From Trichosphaerium sp. ATCC 40318 (lineage: Eukaryota; Protista; Tubulinea), in contig JALMLS010000207.1 in the NCBI GenBank assembly GCA_038496445.1, positions 54,490 through 118,489 on the forward strand: a stretch of 64,000 nt of DNA. Direction: 5' to 3'. Numbering within the stretch: the stretch's first letter is position 1; every line of letters starts with the position of its first letter. Below the pieces are notes generated by a model that searched no databases, was not told the origin of the DNA, and worked only from the letters and a program-made list of their open reading frames with translations. The position numbers were made by a program, and so were the translations under genes. Shown in pieces: positions 49,450-61,513 of this stretch.

Positions 49450-50388
49450 CATGTTGGAATAATCCAGCTGTCCCTGGGATGCTGTTTTCACTGGTTTACA
49501 GTTTGTTAGTGATATTTGCGTATGTGTTGTTCTATACACAAGTACTAAGAAAGTTTAGGTGATTCCCAACAACCCGACAGTACTCACATCTAACAACATA
49601 GATGGAAGTAGAAACACATTTATTCAGTTGTTTTTACAGCATTGCTACACAAAATATCCAAAGAGGAGGAAGGAAATAGAACATAACTATGAGGAGCATC
49701 GCTGTGGAAAATATAGCCCTGATTTTAGTGTCTGTGAAATTCACAGCTACGTTAGAAGTGTTTGTGTTTCATTTCATGCATTTTCTAACTATAACAGCGG
49801 TTGCAAATGTGAAGGTGAGCATAATAAACTATTGCCATCCGTGCTTCTGACACATCCAGATTACAGAGTGTTGCATCAGTTGTGCATTTTTGGAGAGCAA
49901 GATATTGAAGCAAAAATATGCAACTGGCTTAATAAACGTCTTTCAGTTTCAAACAACTGTCTGACTTGCAGTGAGGGAGGGTTTAAGGCTGCTAAGGTAT
50001 GTAGCTTTATATTATTTTGAAAACAACCTAATTTGATAAAGAGTGTGACATTACCGGCTTTGATTACAGTGTATCCAAATCCCAATGTTGTTCAGGACAT
50101 GGCCAAATTACCTAAGACTTTAAACTCCATGGAAGGTATGTAAAGACAGTTAGCATTTGCACTTACATAAGCAGAACTTGGGAGGCAGCTTACATTTTGA
50201 TGTGGCAGCCTAAACCGCATCCACATTTCGCAACATATGTGAATAACAATGGAACTTGGTGGTTTATTGATTGTATAACATCACTTCCTGTGGAATCTAA
50301 TCCTTGTACGCTATATTCAAATATTGAACAAACAAACAGCGACAGAAGCAAAAAGAAACAAAAATGGCAATCACAAGTGGCTTCTTGA
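49450..50388 (+). CDS. Putative papain-fold (USP/USPL1-like) cysteine peptidase, possibly a pseudogene
   Basis: Cys-box-like WNN/SSCPWDAVFTGLQF (Cys at 49469, frameshift just before it), a CxxC, and His-box-like PHFATYVNNNGTWWFID (His at 50224). Segments are separated by GT-AG introns. Confidence 0.45.
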
Positions 50389-50729
50389 AGCAACAGTAAA
50401 CACAAAAAAGGGTTCTTGTAGGTGTTTTGTGTGGGAATGCTGTAGGTAAGTAATCTATTTTTTAAACCTCACATCTTGTTTTTCTAACCAACAATAGGTT
50501 TTAACAAAAAGTTATCTTGTAAGCTGTTAAAAAGACACCACTCATTGGCAAACAAATTTCCAATATCTGAAACACCTATAGTTACAACTATAAAAGGGCC
50601 AACTAAACTTCCAAGGCTTGTTGTACAACGTACAATGTTAAAACTGAGGCACCAAGTACAAAGGCCAACAAAAGAAGGTTCAAGACAGAAGGATTACTGT
50701 TGATGATACGTTGTCTTAACTTCTGTCAC

Positions 50730-53700
50730 AGAAACACCTTCTACAAGCTCATCAACCACTGCTTCACAGCCAACTGTTGCACCAACAACGGATGCTCCAA
50801 CTATTGCTGCACACAACAACAGATGCACCTAACTGGTACTTGCTTGATATTTTTTAGCTTTCTTTCTAACTGTGATAGATGCGCCAACTACACCTACAAC
50901 TGCAGCCCCTACCACAGCCACACCAACAACTGATGCTCTTACTGCAAGTACTCCAACAATAGAACTGCTAACAACAGCTTCAACTACAGATGCTCCTATC
51001 ACCAAAACCCAGCTCCAACCGCCAATGTACCTACGACTGAAGCTCCAACAAAAGCACCAACCACAAAGGCCCCTATAACTGATGCTCCTACCACTGTGGC
51101 ACCTACTACAGACGCACCAACAACTGAGACAATAAACTATAGATGCTCCAACCACTGATGCACTGACAGCAGAGGCTACAGCGAAAGCGCCAACTACTGG
51201 CACTCCAACAACCAAGGGGCCAACAAAAGCTGCGCCAACCACAGTAACACCTACTACAGATGCACCAACCACCGAAGCCCCAACGACTGAGGCTCCTACA
51301 ACTGTAGCGCCTACTATAGAAGCACCAACAACAGAGGCTCCAACTACAGATGCACCTACCACAGAGGCACCAACGACTGAAGCTCCTACCACGTATGCGC
51401 CTACAACCGAAGCTCCAACGACAGAGGCTCCTACCACTGAACCACCAACGACAGAGGCACCAACAACAGAGGTTCCAACCACTGTAGCGCCTACTACAGA
51501 GGCACCAACACCTGAAGCACCAACTACAGAGGCTCCTACCACTGTAGCACCTACTACAGATGCACCTACCACCGAAGCACCAACGACAGAAGCACCAACA
51601 ACTGAGGCTCCTACAACTGGTACTCGATCGATATAATTTTTACTTTTCTCCTAACAGTGATAGATGCACCAACTATAGTAGCACCAACTACAGATGCACC
51701 TACAACAGATGCTCCAACAACTGAAGCTCCAACAACAGAGGTGCCAACAACAGAAGCACCAACTACTGAGGCTCCAACAACTGAAGTGCCAACGACAGAA
51801 GCACCAACAACTGAGGCTCCTACTACAAAGGCACCTACTATGGAACCTCTAACTACCGAGGCACCAACAACACAGCATCCAACTACAATGCCACCAATGA
51901 GATCTCCACCAACTACAGAAGCGCCAACTACTGTAGCGCCTACCACAGAGACACCAACAACTGAGGCTCCAACTACTGATGCTCCAACTACAGAGGCACC
52001 TACAACTGTAGCGCCAACAACGGAGGCTCCAACCACAGAGGTTCCTACAACTGCTGCGCCAATAACAGAAGCGCCAACAACACAGCATCCAACTACAATG
52101 CCACCAATGACGCCTCCACCAACTACAGAAGCACCTACAACTGAAACTCCAACTACTGAGGCACCAACAACTGGTACTTGATTTATATTGTTATCTTTTT
52201 CCATCTAACAGTAATAGATGCACTAACTACACAAGCACCAAGCACAGAAGCTCCAACAACTGCAACCCCTACCACTGATGCGCCAACAACGGAGGCTCCT
52301 ACAACTGCAGCCCCTACTACTGAGGCTCCAACAACTGAGGCTCCTACAACTGTAGCACCTACTACTGGCTCCAACTACAGAAGCACCAACTACTGAGGTA
52401 CCTACCACTGAAGCTCCTACAACTGTAGCACCTACTACTGAAGCCCCTACTACGGAAGCTCCAACTACAGGAGCTCCTACAACCGAAGCTCCTACCACAG
52501 AGGCGCCTACAACTAAGGCACCAACAACAGATGCACCAACAACCGAAGCTCCAACTACTGCTGCTCCTACCACGGATGCACCTACAACCGAAGCTCCAAC
52601 GACAGAAGCACCAACTACAGAGGTTCCAACAACATTGGCGCCAACGACAGAGGCACCAACAACTGACACACCAACAACTGAAGCACCTACAACTGTAGCG
52701 CCTACCACTGAAGCACCTACTACATTGGCGCCTACTACGGAGGTTCCCACGACTGAGGCACCAACTACAGTAGCTCCTACGACTGAAGCTCCAACGACTG
52801 AAGCACCAACGACTGAGGCTCCAACCACTGTAGCGCCTACTACAGATGCACCAACAACTGATGCACCAGTGACAGATGCTCCAACAACTGAAGCCCCAAC
52901 GACTGAGGCTCCAACTACAGAAGCACCAACTACTGAAGCCCCAACTACAGAGTCGCCTACAACTGATGCACCAACAACTGAGTCACCAACTACAGCTACT
53001 CCTACAACAGCAGCACCAACAACTGAAGCTCCTACAACTGTAGCACCAACCACTGCAACCCCTACAACTGTAGCTCCTACAACTGACGCTCCAACTACTG
53101 ACGCTCCAACTACTGAAGCTCCAATTACAGAGGCTCCTACAACTGAAGCTCCAACTACGGAACCTCCAACGACTGAAGCACCAACTACTGATACTCCAAC
53201 TACTGATGCTCCTACAACTGAAACACCTACTACTGACGCTCCAACTACTGATGCACCAACTACAGAGGCTCCTACAACTGTAGCACCAACAACTGAAGTG
53301 CCAACAACTGAAGCTCCAACCACAGATGCACCTACTACTGAAGCACCAACAACAGTAGCACCAACTACAGATGCTCCAACCACCGAATCGCCAACTACTG
53401 AGGCTCCAACAACTGAACCACCTACAACTGATGTGCCTACGACTGAAACTCCAACTACTGAAGCACCTACAACTGTAGCACCAACAACTGGTACTTTGTA
53501 TTTTACTTTCCAAAGCAACTAACTTTCTTTGTAGATGCACCAACTACAGATGCCCCAACAACTGTTGCACCAACAACCGAAGCACCGACTACTGAAGTCC
53601 CTACTACAGAATCGCCTACAACTGATGCGCCAACAACAGAGGTTCCTACCACTGAAGCTCCTACAACTGTAACACCTACTACATTGGCGCCTACTACAGA

Positions 53701-54540
53701 GGTTCCCACGACTGAGGCACCAACTACAGTAGCTCCTACGACTGAAGCTCCAACCACAGATGCACCTACGACTGAGGCGCCAACAACCGAAGCACCAACT
53801 ACTGTAGCCCCTACTACAGAGTCGCCTACAACTGAAGCTCCAACTACAGCGGCTCCTACAACTGATGCACCAACAACAGAGTCACCAACTACAGCTACTC
53901 CTACAACAGAGGCACCAACAACTGAAGCTCCAACTACTGAAGCTCCTACTACAGAGGCTCCTACAACTGTAGCACCAACCACTGCAACCCCTACAACTGT
54001 AGCACCTACTACTGACGCTCCAACTACTGAAGCTCCTACTACAGAGGCTCCTACAACTGTAGCACCAACAACTGAACCTCCTACAACTGAGGCTCCAACT
54101 ACGGAGGTTCCTACTACTGATGCTCCTACAACTGGTACTTTTTATTTGCTTTTTATGCATACTAACTTCGCTTGCAGAGTCTCCTACAACTGAAGTTCCA
54201 ACAACTGAAACTCCTACTACAGAAGCACCAACCACTTTAGTGCCAACCACTGAAGTACAACTACAGCTTCTCCAACCACCGAAACCCCTACAACTGTAGC
54301 GCCTACTACTGACACTCCAACTACAGAGGCTCCTACAACTGTAGCTCCTACAACTGCTACCCCAACAACTGCGGCTCCAACAACGGAGGCATGAAACTCC
54401 AACAACAGAGTCTCCAACAACAGAAGTGCCTACAACAGAAGCTCCAACTACTGAGGCTCCTACCACGGAGGCATGAAACTCCAACGACACTTGCAACTAC
54501 AACTGAAGCTCCTACTAAATCTCCAACTACAAAGGCTCAA
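50730..54540 (+). repeat. Mucin-like coding tandem array, 15-nt unit encoding T(E/D/V)APT, interrupted by introns
   Basis: Long (TEAPT)n ORFs at 51657..52181, 52635..53522 and 53684..54193. Phase-1 introns at 50836-50878, 51620-51663, 52174-52217, 53491-53534 and 54135-54177. Frameshifts and stops occur, mostly at the array edges. Confidence 0.9.
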
Positions 54541-55129
54541 TAAATGGTACTTCCAACTTTACTTTCTAGAACTAACTTTATTTACGGAGGCAACTACAAT
54601 AGTACCTTCAAGTGCTTCATCAACTGCTGAGGTACCTTGTACAGATGCATCTACAACTGATGCTTGGCTTCAACTAAATAAACTACACCAAAGACGCCTA
54701 CTGCATCCAAAGAAGCTCCAAGGCTTTTACAAGGCACTATTTTTATGGCTACTAAAAAAGCAATTTGCTAATTAAGATGATGCCGAAGATGGGTGTATTT
54801 ATGTATTGTTTTAAGTGTAATTGTATATTTACATACTCGTTGGAGCCCTTTGTACATGGGTACCCAATATGGAAAGTGTGTTGGACGTGTAACATTGTCC
54901 GAAAATAAAATATGGTTTCTGTGAACACGAAAAAAAACGCTGCGGATGCTGCTCAAATTTGTTTAAGATTGTGTACGAAAATAGGAGCGCTATGGACCAG
55001 TTAACATAGTCGCCTGGGTGTGGAGAGCAGGTTTAGACAAGTTTTAGACCAATTACTAAGACTGGCGACTATTCAGCGCATGGAGATATGGTACAGCGGT
55101 GGTGACTTATACCATAAGAAGGCAGCTGC

Positions 55130-55699
55130 CTATTTCAAGGTAGGCGCACTTGTAATATTAGTAAAGATTGTAGAGCGCCTTAGAGCACTCAGGTGCTTCA
55201 ATACTGAGCCTTTTATCATGTTACACCGCTTCAAGCATAGATCATTGACGTGTATTAATGCTTTTCCTTCATCTGAAATTGATTTCCCGTCAATTATGTC
55301 AACTTTTCTAGATTGCCAACAATGTATTTGATAGTATGTATTCCTCCATCAAGCAAAGCAAGAACGCCTACATCTGTTATTTTTGAATATGAGACATCTA
55401 TTGAGTTAACACCAGAAAGACAAGAATAGTCCGCTTCTGATAGAGCTTCGGGTTTACAAATAATGCGAGTGTTTTTAAGTAATGGATTGCCTTTCAGAAC
55501 ATGACAATCTGTTGGTACATACAATAATAGTTTGTCAAAGCCAAGGTTATTGCGAATGATGTTATTAAATAAATGACAAACTCTTGTTGTGCTTATTCGC
55601 TCCCACTTGTCCAAGTGACTCAGTATCTGTGTAAGCGTCTCTGGTGGCACGTGTTGAATAGATTTAATGGCGATCACAATGGATATGTTTTAGCGACAT
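55130..55699 (-). pseudogene. Truncated F-box/LRR pseudogene, inverted copy of 59597..60799
   Basis: 55320..55669 matches the reverse complement of 59629..59978 with about 7 mismatches. There is a frameshift near the ATG, an internal deletion of ~165 bp, then diverged LRR remnants. Confidence 0.85.
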
Positions 55700-56140
55700 G
55701 GAATAGCGTCAGAGATGTGCTTGTTTGAGATGATTTAGATAAGCTAGTTTGATATTGCGAATGCTATTGTATCTCAGGAGCCTTACTTTTCCGGTTACAA
55801 GAAGGCTCAGTTAGGTTTTGATAGCCTTCCTTGTACACCAAGAGACCCAAACTTATCCTAACATAGCCATAACGCTTCTTAAATGACTGTGAATAAGAGA
55901 ACAAATACAACATTTTAAGGATGAGTAGAAACATTGAAGTATTGACCTTTTGGAGAATCCACCTACGTGTACCTTATAATGAACCTCATACCCCATTCAT
56001 ATATTAATACATGAACTTGTTGCATGACTGTACTCTTTTTTTTTTAACATGCGTTTGAAAAGTCAGAATTTGCTGATAAACTCAGTAAAGTCATTGGATT
56101 CTTTAGAAATTTCGTTTCTTTTCACAAAAACTTGCCAACA

Positions 56141-58855
56141 ATGCACCTCTTCCTGTGTCTTATTTTACTTGTTTTATCTACAAACGTTATATCACAAACT
56201 ATAACTACGTTACATCATGATCTGACGGTTGAAGAGCGTACTGAGTGTGATTCGTACTCATACTTTTCTTTCGAAGTAACCGAATACTGCTCTGACCTTC
56301 GTATACACATTGAAAGGATCGAAGGTATTTGTTGTCATCATATAACGTTGAAATCCTTAAAACTCTTAGGAGAACCCGATTTATACGTCAGTAAAGCGCC
56401 TATACGTTATCCCACGTTAGATCATTTAACGTGGACGTCTTACGGTTAGTTAAAACGGTTTGGACTCTAAAACGTTTGCTGACGTTATGACCTTAGAATG
56501 GGGTGATGATGATATGATTATAAGCCACTGGGATCCTGAATTTGATATTGGCACTTTCTATATTGGCGTTCTGAGCTACTGTGGCACTGAAGTAAATGGT
56601 ACCTCAAGTCTATTTTGTTTTCTTGGTCTTTTTCACTTTAAACTTACTGTCTTTAGATGGTAGACCCGCCATTTATAACATAACAGCTAGCTTAGTACCA
56701 CCAACATGTACGCCATTGCCTATAGTTTGTTTCAACTGAGCGAATAGCTGTTGTTTAACACTTACAACTTTGAATAGATAATATTTTACATGCCCCTATT
56801 GTGAATAATCCTCTTGTTGCCAACGGCTACACCCACCATAAGTTCTGTGTTCCAAAACCTGCTTCTGAAGGTATGTTTAATCTATGTTTACTAGTGACTC
56901 TTTGCTTATTATTGATTGTAGACATATGCACAGACATTCGTGTTACTCTTGATAACGATCTATCAATATCGTTTCCTGAATTGCTTGTTTCGCAATCTCA
57001 TGTTGAACCACTATTGAAAGGTCATAGTTGGAAACTCGCTGATATTGTTAGAAGGCATGTTGATATCAAACATAATGACCCTGACTTTCGATATGGACAC
57101 TATTTTGTATCAGGTAAGATATCAAAAACCAGCACCTAAATATTTTTCCTATTTTTTTCTATCCTCTATCTTGAGCCCACGTGTTCTTAAAATTGAGATG
57201 TAAAGTCATTTTAACGCTGACATTGTGGCTGATTTTGTTGTAGTGTTTGGATGGTGTACTCCTGTTGGTGAGTGTGGCGTTCCTGATGAAAATTGTACTT
57301 CAAGCTGTACAAGAGTTTCTGAAGACGCCTACAACTTGACTGTTTCACTCACACAGATACCTTGTGAAGAAACACCAAAATTAGTACCTAAAAGTCAAGA
57401 AATCCTCTTAAACGCAACAGCAAAAACAGGAGAAGCTGATGTACGCTACAGTTAAGTCATCTAAGCCTTAATTATTTTGTTTTTTAGTGTGACACCTATA
57501 CGTACTATAAGATTAAAGTATTGGAAGAATGTCATGATCTACGTATTCAAGTCAATACTATAGAAGGTCAGCCAAACTTATATGTAGGAAAGTACCCTGT
57601 CAAGTACGTTGAGGCGAATTTAGTTGTTTTTTCTTAACTTTTTCTTACATACTCTAGAAACCCTACCTTGGATCATTTAACATGGACTTCGTATGATTGG
57701 GGCGATGAAGATATGACAATATCTCATTGGGACCCTGAGTTCGAGAAGGCAAGGCTTTTATGAGCTCGCTTGTTTTAGTACTAACCCAAACAACTAGGGA
57801 GACTATTACATTGGCGTTCATGCGTATTGTGGTGAAGACATTAATGACAGACGTCCCGCAAAATATAATATTACAGCTTCAATATTACCTGGTGCGTGAA
57901 TACATTATCGATTGGTTGCGGGATATTCCTGTTGAGGCGCTTTGGATGTGTTCTTGGCAAGGGATTTTTTTAACTCTTTTATTTTTTTAGCACCATCAAA
58001 TGTACTGTTTGAACCGGTTGACAACAACCCTCTTGTAGCCAATGGTTTTGAGTACCATCAATTCTGTGTAGATAGATCCGATAGAGATGTTTTAATTACT
58101 CTCGAAAATGATCTCACAAAGTCCTTTCCAGAACTTCTTGTATCCAGGTAAAAGATTGTTCCTTTTTGTTTCTTTATTTAGCTCTGTTCTATTAGAAGCA
58201 TTGTCAAGCCTAATCTGAATTCGCATTCATGGAAACTGGCTCAAATTGAAAGAAGACATGTTCTGATCAAACACGACGATCCAGACTTCAGACCAGGTTT
58301 GTCATAAACCTTTTGTTTTTTATTCTTAAAACGAGTTCAAAGGACATTTCTTTGTTTCAGTGTACGGTTGGTGTACGCCTATAGGCCAATGTGGTGTACC
58401 AGATGACCAATGTTCTTCATCTTGCAGACATGTTGAAACAGATTCCTATAACCTCAAGGCACGTGATATTTTACTAGTGAAGTTTCTTAAATTTTTCTTG
58501 TAAAAAGGTAGAATATGTCGAACCAGGAATGACAACGACCATTGCTCCAGTTGTAGTTAGTGAACCCGTCACTCCTCCGACATCAAGTTCGCCAGAAGTT
58601 ATAATATCACCACAAGGCGATAGTTACAAAGGTACATCTATTTCTTTGCCAGCTACTTACGTGTATTGTAGGAGTAGCAATAGCTGCGATAATTATTGCT
58701 TTGATTGTATGGAATTACTTGAAAATGTCTCGTTCTCTGTGTTATCTTACCAACTCTTTTAGGCTGTAATCTTGGTGGGTTTTATGTTAGTATTTATGCG
58801 ATTCCACTACATGAAAACACCTGCGAAGAATGTGGCCAGCATGCACGAAGTATAA
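56141..58855 (+). CDS. Type I membrane protein with an internally duplicated Cys-containing (PPC-like) ectodomain, multi-exon
   Basis: Signal peptide MHLFLCLILLVLSTNVIS. Two copies of DLRI...EGxPxLYVxKxP..PTLDHLTWTSY.WGD.DM.ISHWDPEF..G.(F/Y)YIGV..YCG and of NNPLVANG...FPELLVS...VxGWCTP. Pro/Ser/Thr stalk, TM GVAIAAIIIALIAVILVGFMLVFM, short tail. Confidence 0.85.
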
Positions 58856-59596
58856 GACACTCAAGGAACAAGAACACTCAACTTTTGCATTTCTTTTAAA
58901 TTTTTTTTTTTGCAAGTCTAGAGGTGCTCTTTTACTAGCTTGTCAGTGATGATATCTTTTATCACCTGTCATAGTATTAGTAATAGGGCTGAGATTATAC
59001 TCTTTAAACCTGATCGTCGTAATTGGCGCGAAGGGAAGGCTTGCAAAGAAAAGGAAAACCAAAAAAAAAAAAACAAAAACAAAACAAAAAAATAATAATA
59101 ATAAAAAACCTGTTGAGTGTTACGCGTGTTTCAATATCATTGTCAAGTATTGTCGCTAGATATATACGGTTATAGATATATAGTTTAGTATATAATATAG
59201 TATATCTATATATGTTTAGAAAAAGTTTTACTCGCTTCTAAAGCCACGTTTTTGAGGATTATTGAAAAAGATTCCAACGTTTTGTTCTTTGAAAGCTGCT
59301 TAACTTTTTCTCAAATCTCGAACTCCTTTACAATACTTGCTCAACCCTCGCTGTAACATGATGCTAAAGGAAGTTTGTAGTAAATTGCGTCTAACTAAAC
59401 GCTTACACTACCTCCACATTCCCAGTAAAACAGTCATGTTGTAGCTCATTTTAAATAAAAATAAGCGCCATAAAAACCATAAAAAGCACATCACGCATTG
59501 GGCGAGGTGATGAATAGCACACGCGAAAATTCGCGACCTGATTTTCCATTTTACCCCATTACGTAATATATCGTAGACACGGAAATAACAATTGCT

Positions 59597-60799
59597 ATGT
59601 CGCTAGAACATCTCCAATGTGAAGAATACATTAAATCTATTCAACACGTGCCACCAGAGACGCTTACACAGATACTGAGTCACTTGGGCAAGTGGGAGCG
59701 AATAAGCACAACAAGAGTTTGTCATTTATTTAATAACATCATTCGCAATAACCTTGGCTTTGACAAACTATTATTGTATGTACCAACAGATTGTCATGTT
59801 CTGAAAGGCAGTCCATTACTTAAAAACACTCGCATTATTTGTAAACCCGAAGCTCTATCAGAAGCGGACTATTCTTGTCTTTCTGGTGTTAACTCAATAG
59901 ATGTCTCATATTCAAAAATAACAGATTCAGGCGTTCTTGATTTGCTTGATGGAGGAAGACATACGATCAAATACATTGATTTGACAGACACACAAATAAC
60001 AGATGTTTCATTAAAAGCACTCAGAGGTGTAAAGGAAATTCACCTTGCGAGGTGTACGAATATTACTGTTCAAGGCATCAAGCACCTCAATAATGCACGT
60101 GATATTACACTCCAGAATCCTTTGGATTCGTGGCTTCAACACCTCGGCAATCTAAACAAAGTTGACATAAATAAAGGGGAATCTGTTTCAGATGAAGGAA
60201 TCAAAGCATTAATACATGTCAATGATCTAAGCTTGAGATGGTGTAAAATGATAACAGACTCAGGCTTGAAGCAATTGACTGATGTACGGCACCTTGGAAT
60301 CTTTCGCAGTTCTATGATTACAAGTATACCTTTGGCTAATCTCAGACACCTTAAAATATTCATGTGTGGTAATATCACGGATGAAGGTTTGAAGGAGTTG
60401 ATAAATCTTGAGACACTTCATGTCGTTGATTGCCCGAAGATTACAAGCATAACATTGGCTAATCTCAGACACCTTAGAATGCGCAAGAGTGATATTACAG
60501 GTGAAGGTTTGAAGAAGTTGGACAATCTTGAGACACTTGAAATCAATAATTGTGATATGATTACAAGTGTACCATTGACTAACCTAAGACACCTTGACCT
60601 ATTCTTTTGTCATGAAATTATGGATGAAGGTTTGATGAAGTTGGTCAATCTTGAGACACTTAACGTCGTTAATTGTTACTATATTCATGGTGATTGTTTA
60701 AAACACTTAAAATCTCTCAAGCATATTTCTGCCTCTCAACAAGGCCATACTAATTCTATAAAATATGAAGCTGAGAAATTGGGTATCACTGTAAAATAA
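59597..60799 (+). CDS. Intronless F-box / leucine-rich-repeat (FBXL/AMN1-type) protein
   Basis: IQHVPPETLTQILSHL...RVCHLF F-box, then cysteine-containing LRRs (LRHLKIFMCGNITDEGLKEL) with recent ~43-aa internal duplications. Confidence 0.9.
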   Translation: MSLEHLQCEEYIKSIQHVPPETLTQILSHLGKWERISTTRVCHLFNNIIRNNLGFDKLLLYVPTDCHVLKGSPLLKNTRIICKPEALSEADYSCLSGVNSIDVSYSKITDSGVLDLLDGGRHTIKYIDLTDTQITDVSLKALRGVKEIHLARCTNITVQGIKHLNNARDITLQNPLDSWLQHLGNLNKVDINKGESVSDEGIKALIHVNDLSLRWCKMITDSGLKQLTDVRHLGIFRSSMITSIPLANLRHLKIFMCGNITDEGLKELINLETLHVVDCPKITSITLANLRHLRMRKSDITGEGLKKLDNLETLEINNCDMITSVPLTNLRHLDLFFCHEIMDEGLMKLVNLETLNVVNCYYIHGDCLKHLKSLKHISASQQGHTNSIKYEAEKLGITVK

Positions 60800-61159
60800 T
60801 AAGGAGATCATAAACAAAAACATGTCAAGTAAACAATTATCAGCAAAAAATCAGTCTGTTTCTGTTTTTATCACTCAATAACCTACCTCTAGAGGCGTAA
60901 AAAAAGTTGACGGCAATTATGCAATGACTACAATGTACTCGGAAAAGGTTGTGGTTTTATCGACTTTTAATGGTCTCAGGCTTCGTGACCCAGCGGTCAG
61001 AGCCAAGAGAAGGTCATCCTCCAATCAGATGTAGCTTTTATGTGTAGCACCCAATGGGCGATAGGGATGTAACGTTTGAAAATTAACCTTAACGTCAACT
61101 CTGAACTTGCTAGATTGATTTTATTTCGATGCAGTTTCAAAAGCGGAACTTTGAGAAGA

Positions 61160-61400
61160 TGTGATGATGAAGGAATCAAAGCATTAATACATGTCACCCA
61201 TTGCTCCTTGACATGGTGTGAAAACATCACAGGCTCAGTTTTTAAGCTCTTAACTGAGCTATCGCACCTCATCTGCACTGTTATACGATTATAAAAATGT
61301 GTTTGGCTACTCTCAGACACCTTCAAATACGCGACAATATAACGGATGAAGGTTTGAAGTAATAGGTTATTCTGGATACTGCAATGAATCAAAATCAGCA
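61160..61400 (+). pseudogene. Degenerate LRR fragment related to 59597..60799
   Basis: gatgaaggaatcaaagcattaatacatgtca, ttggctactctcagacacctt and aatataacggatgaaggtttgaag match parts of 60190-60395, but contain stops. Confidence 0.75.
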
Positions 61401-61513
61401 TTGGTAGTGCTTCCATTGAAGAAGTTGCTTCTTTGTTGTTGTAGCACAAGGAAAGAACCATTCACTTCTTTTGATATCTTTATTTGTTTAAAACTTTACA
61501 TGACACTTAAGAC

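Noticed and set aside
50829-54496. Long minus-strand (VVGAS)n ORFs
   Set aside because: These are antisense shadows of the TEAPT repeat. Intron orientation shows the + strand is coding.
50730-54540. CRISPR-like array
   Set aside because: The 15-nt coding units are contiguous with no unique spacers, there are no cas genes, and the context is eukaryotic.
59157-59220. TA-rich imperfect palindrome
   Set aside because: Low-complexity sequence in which self-complementarity is expected by chance.
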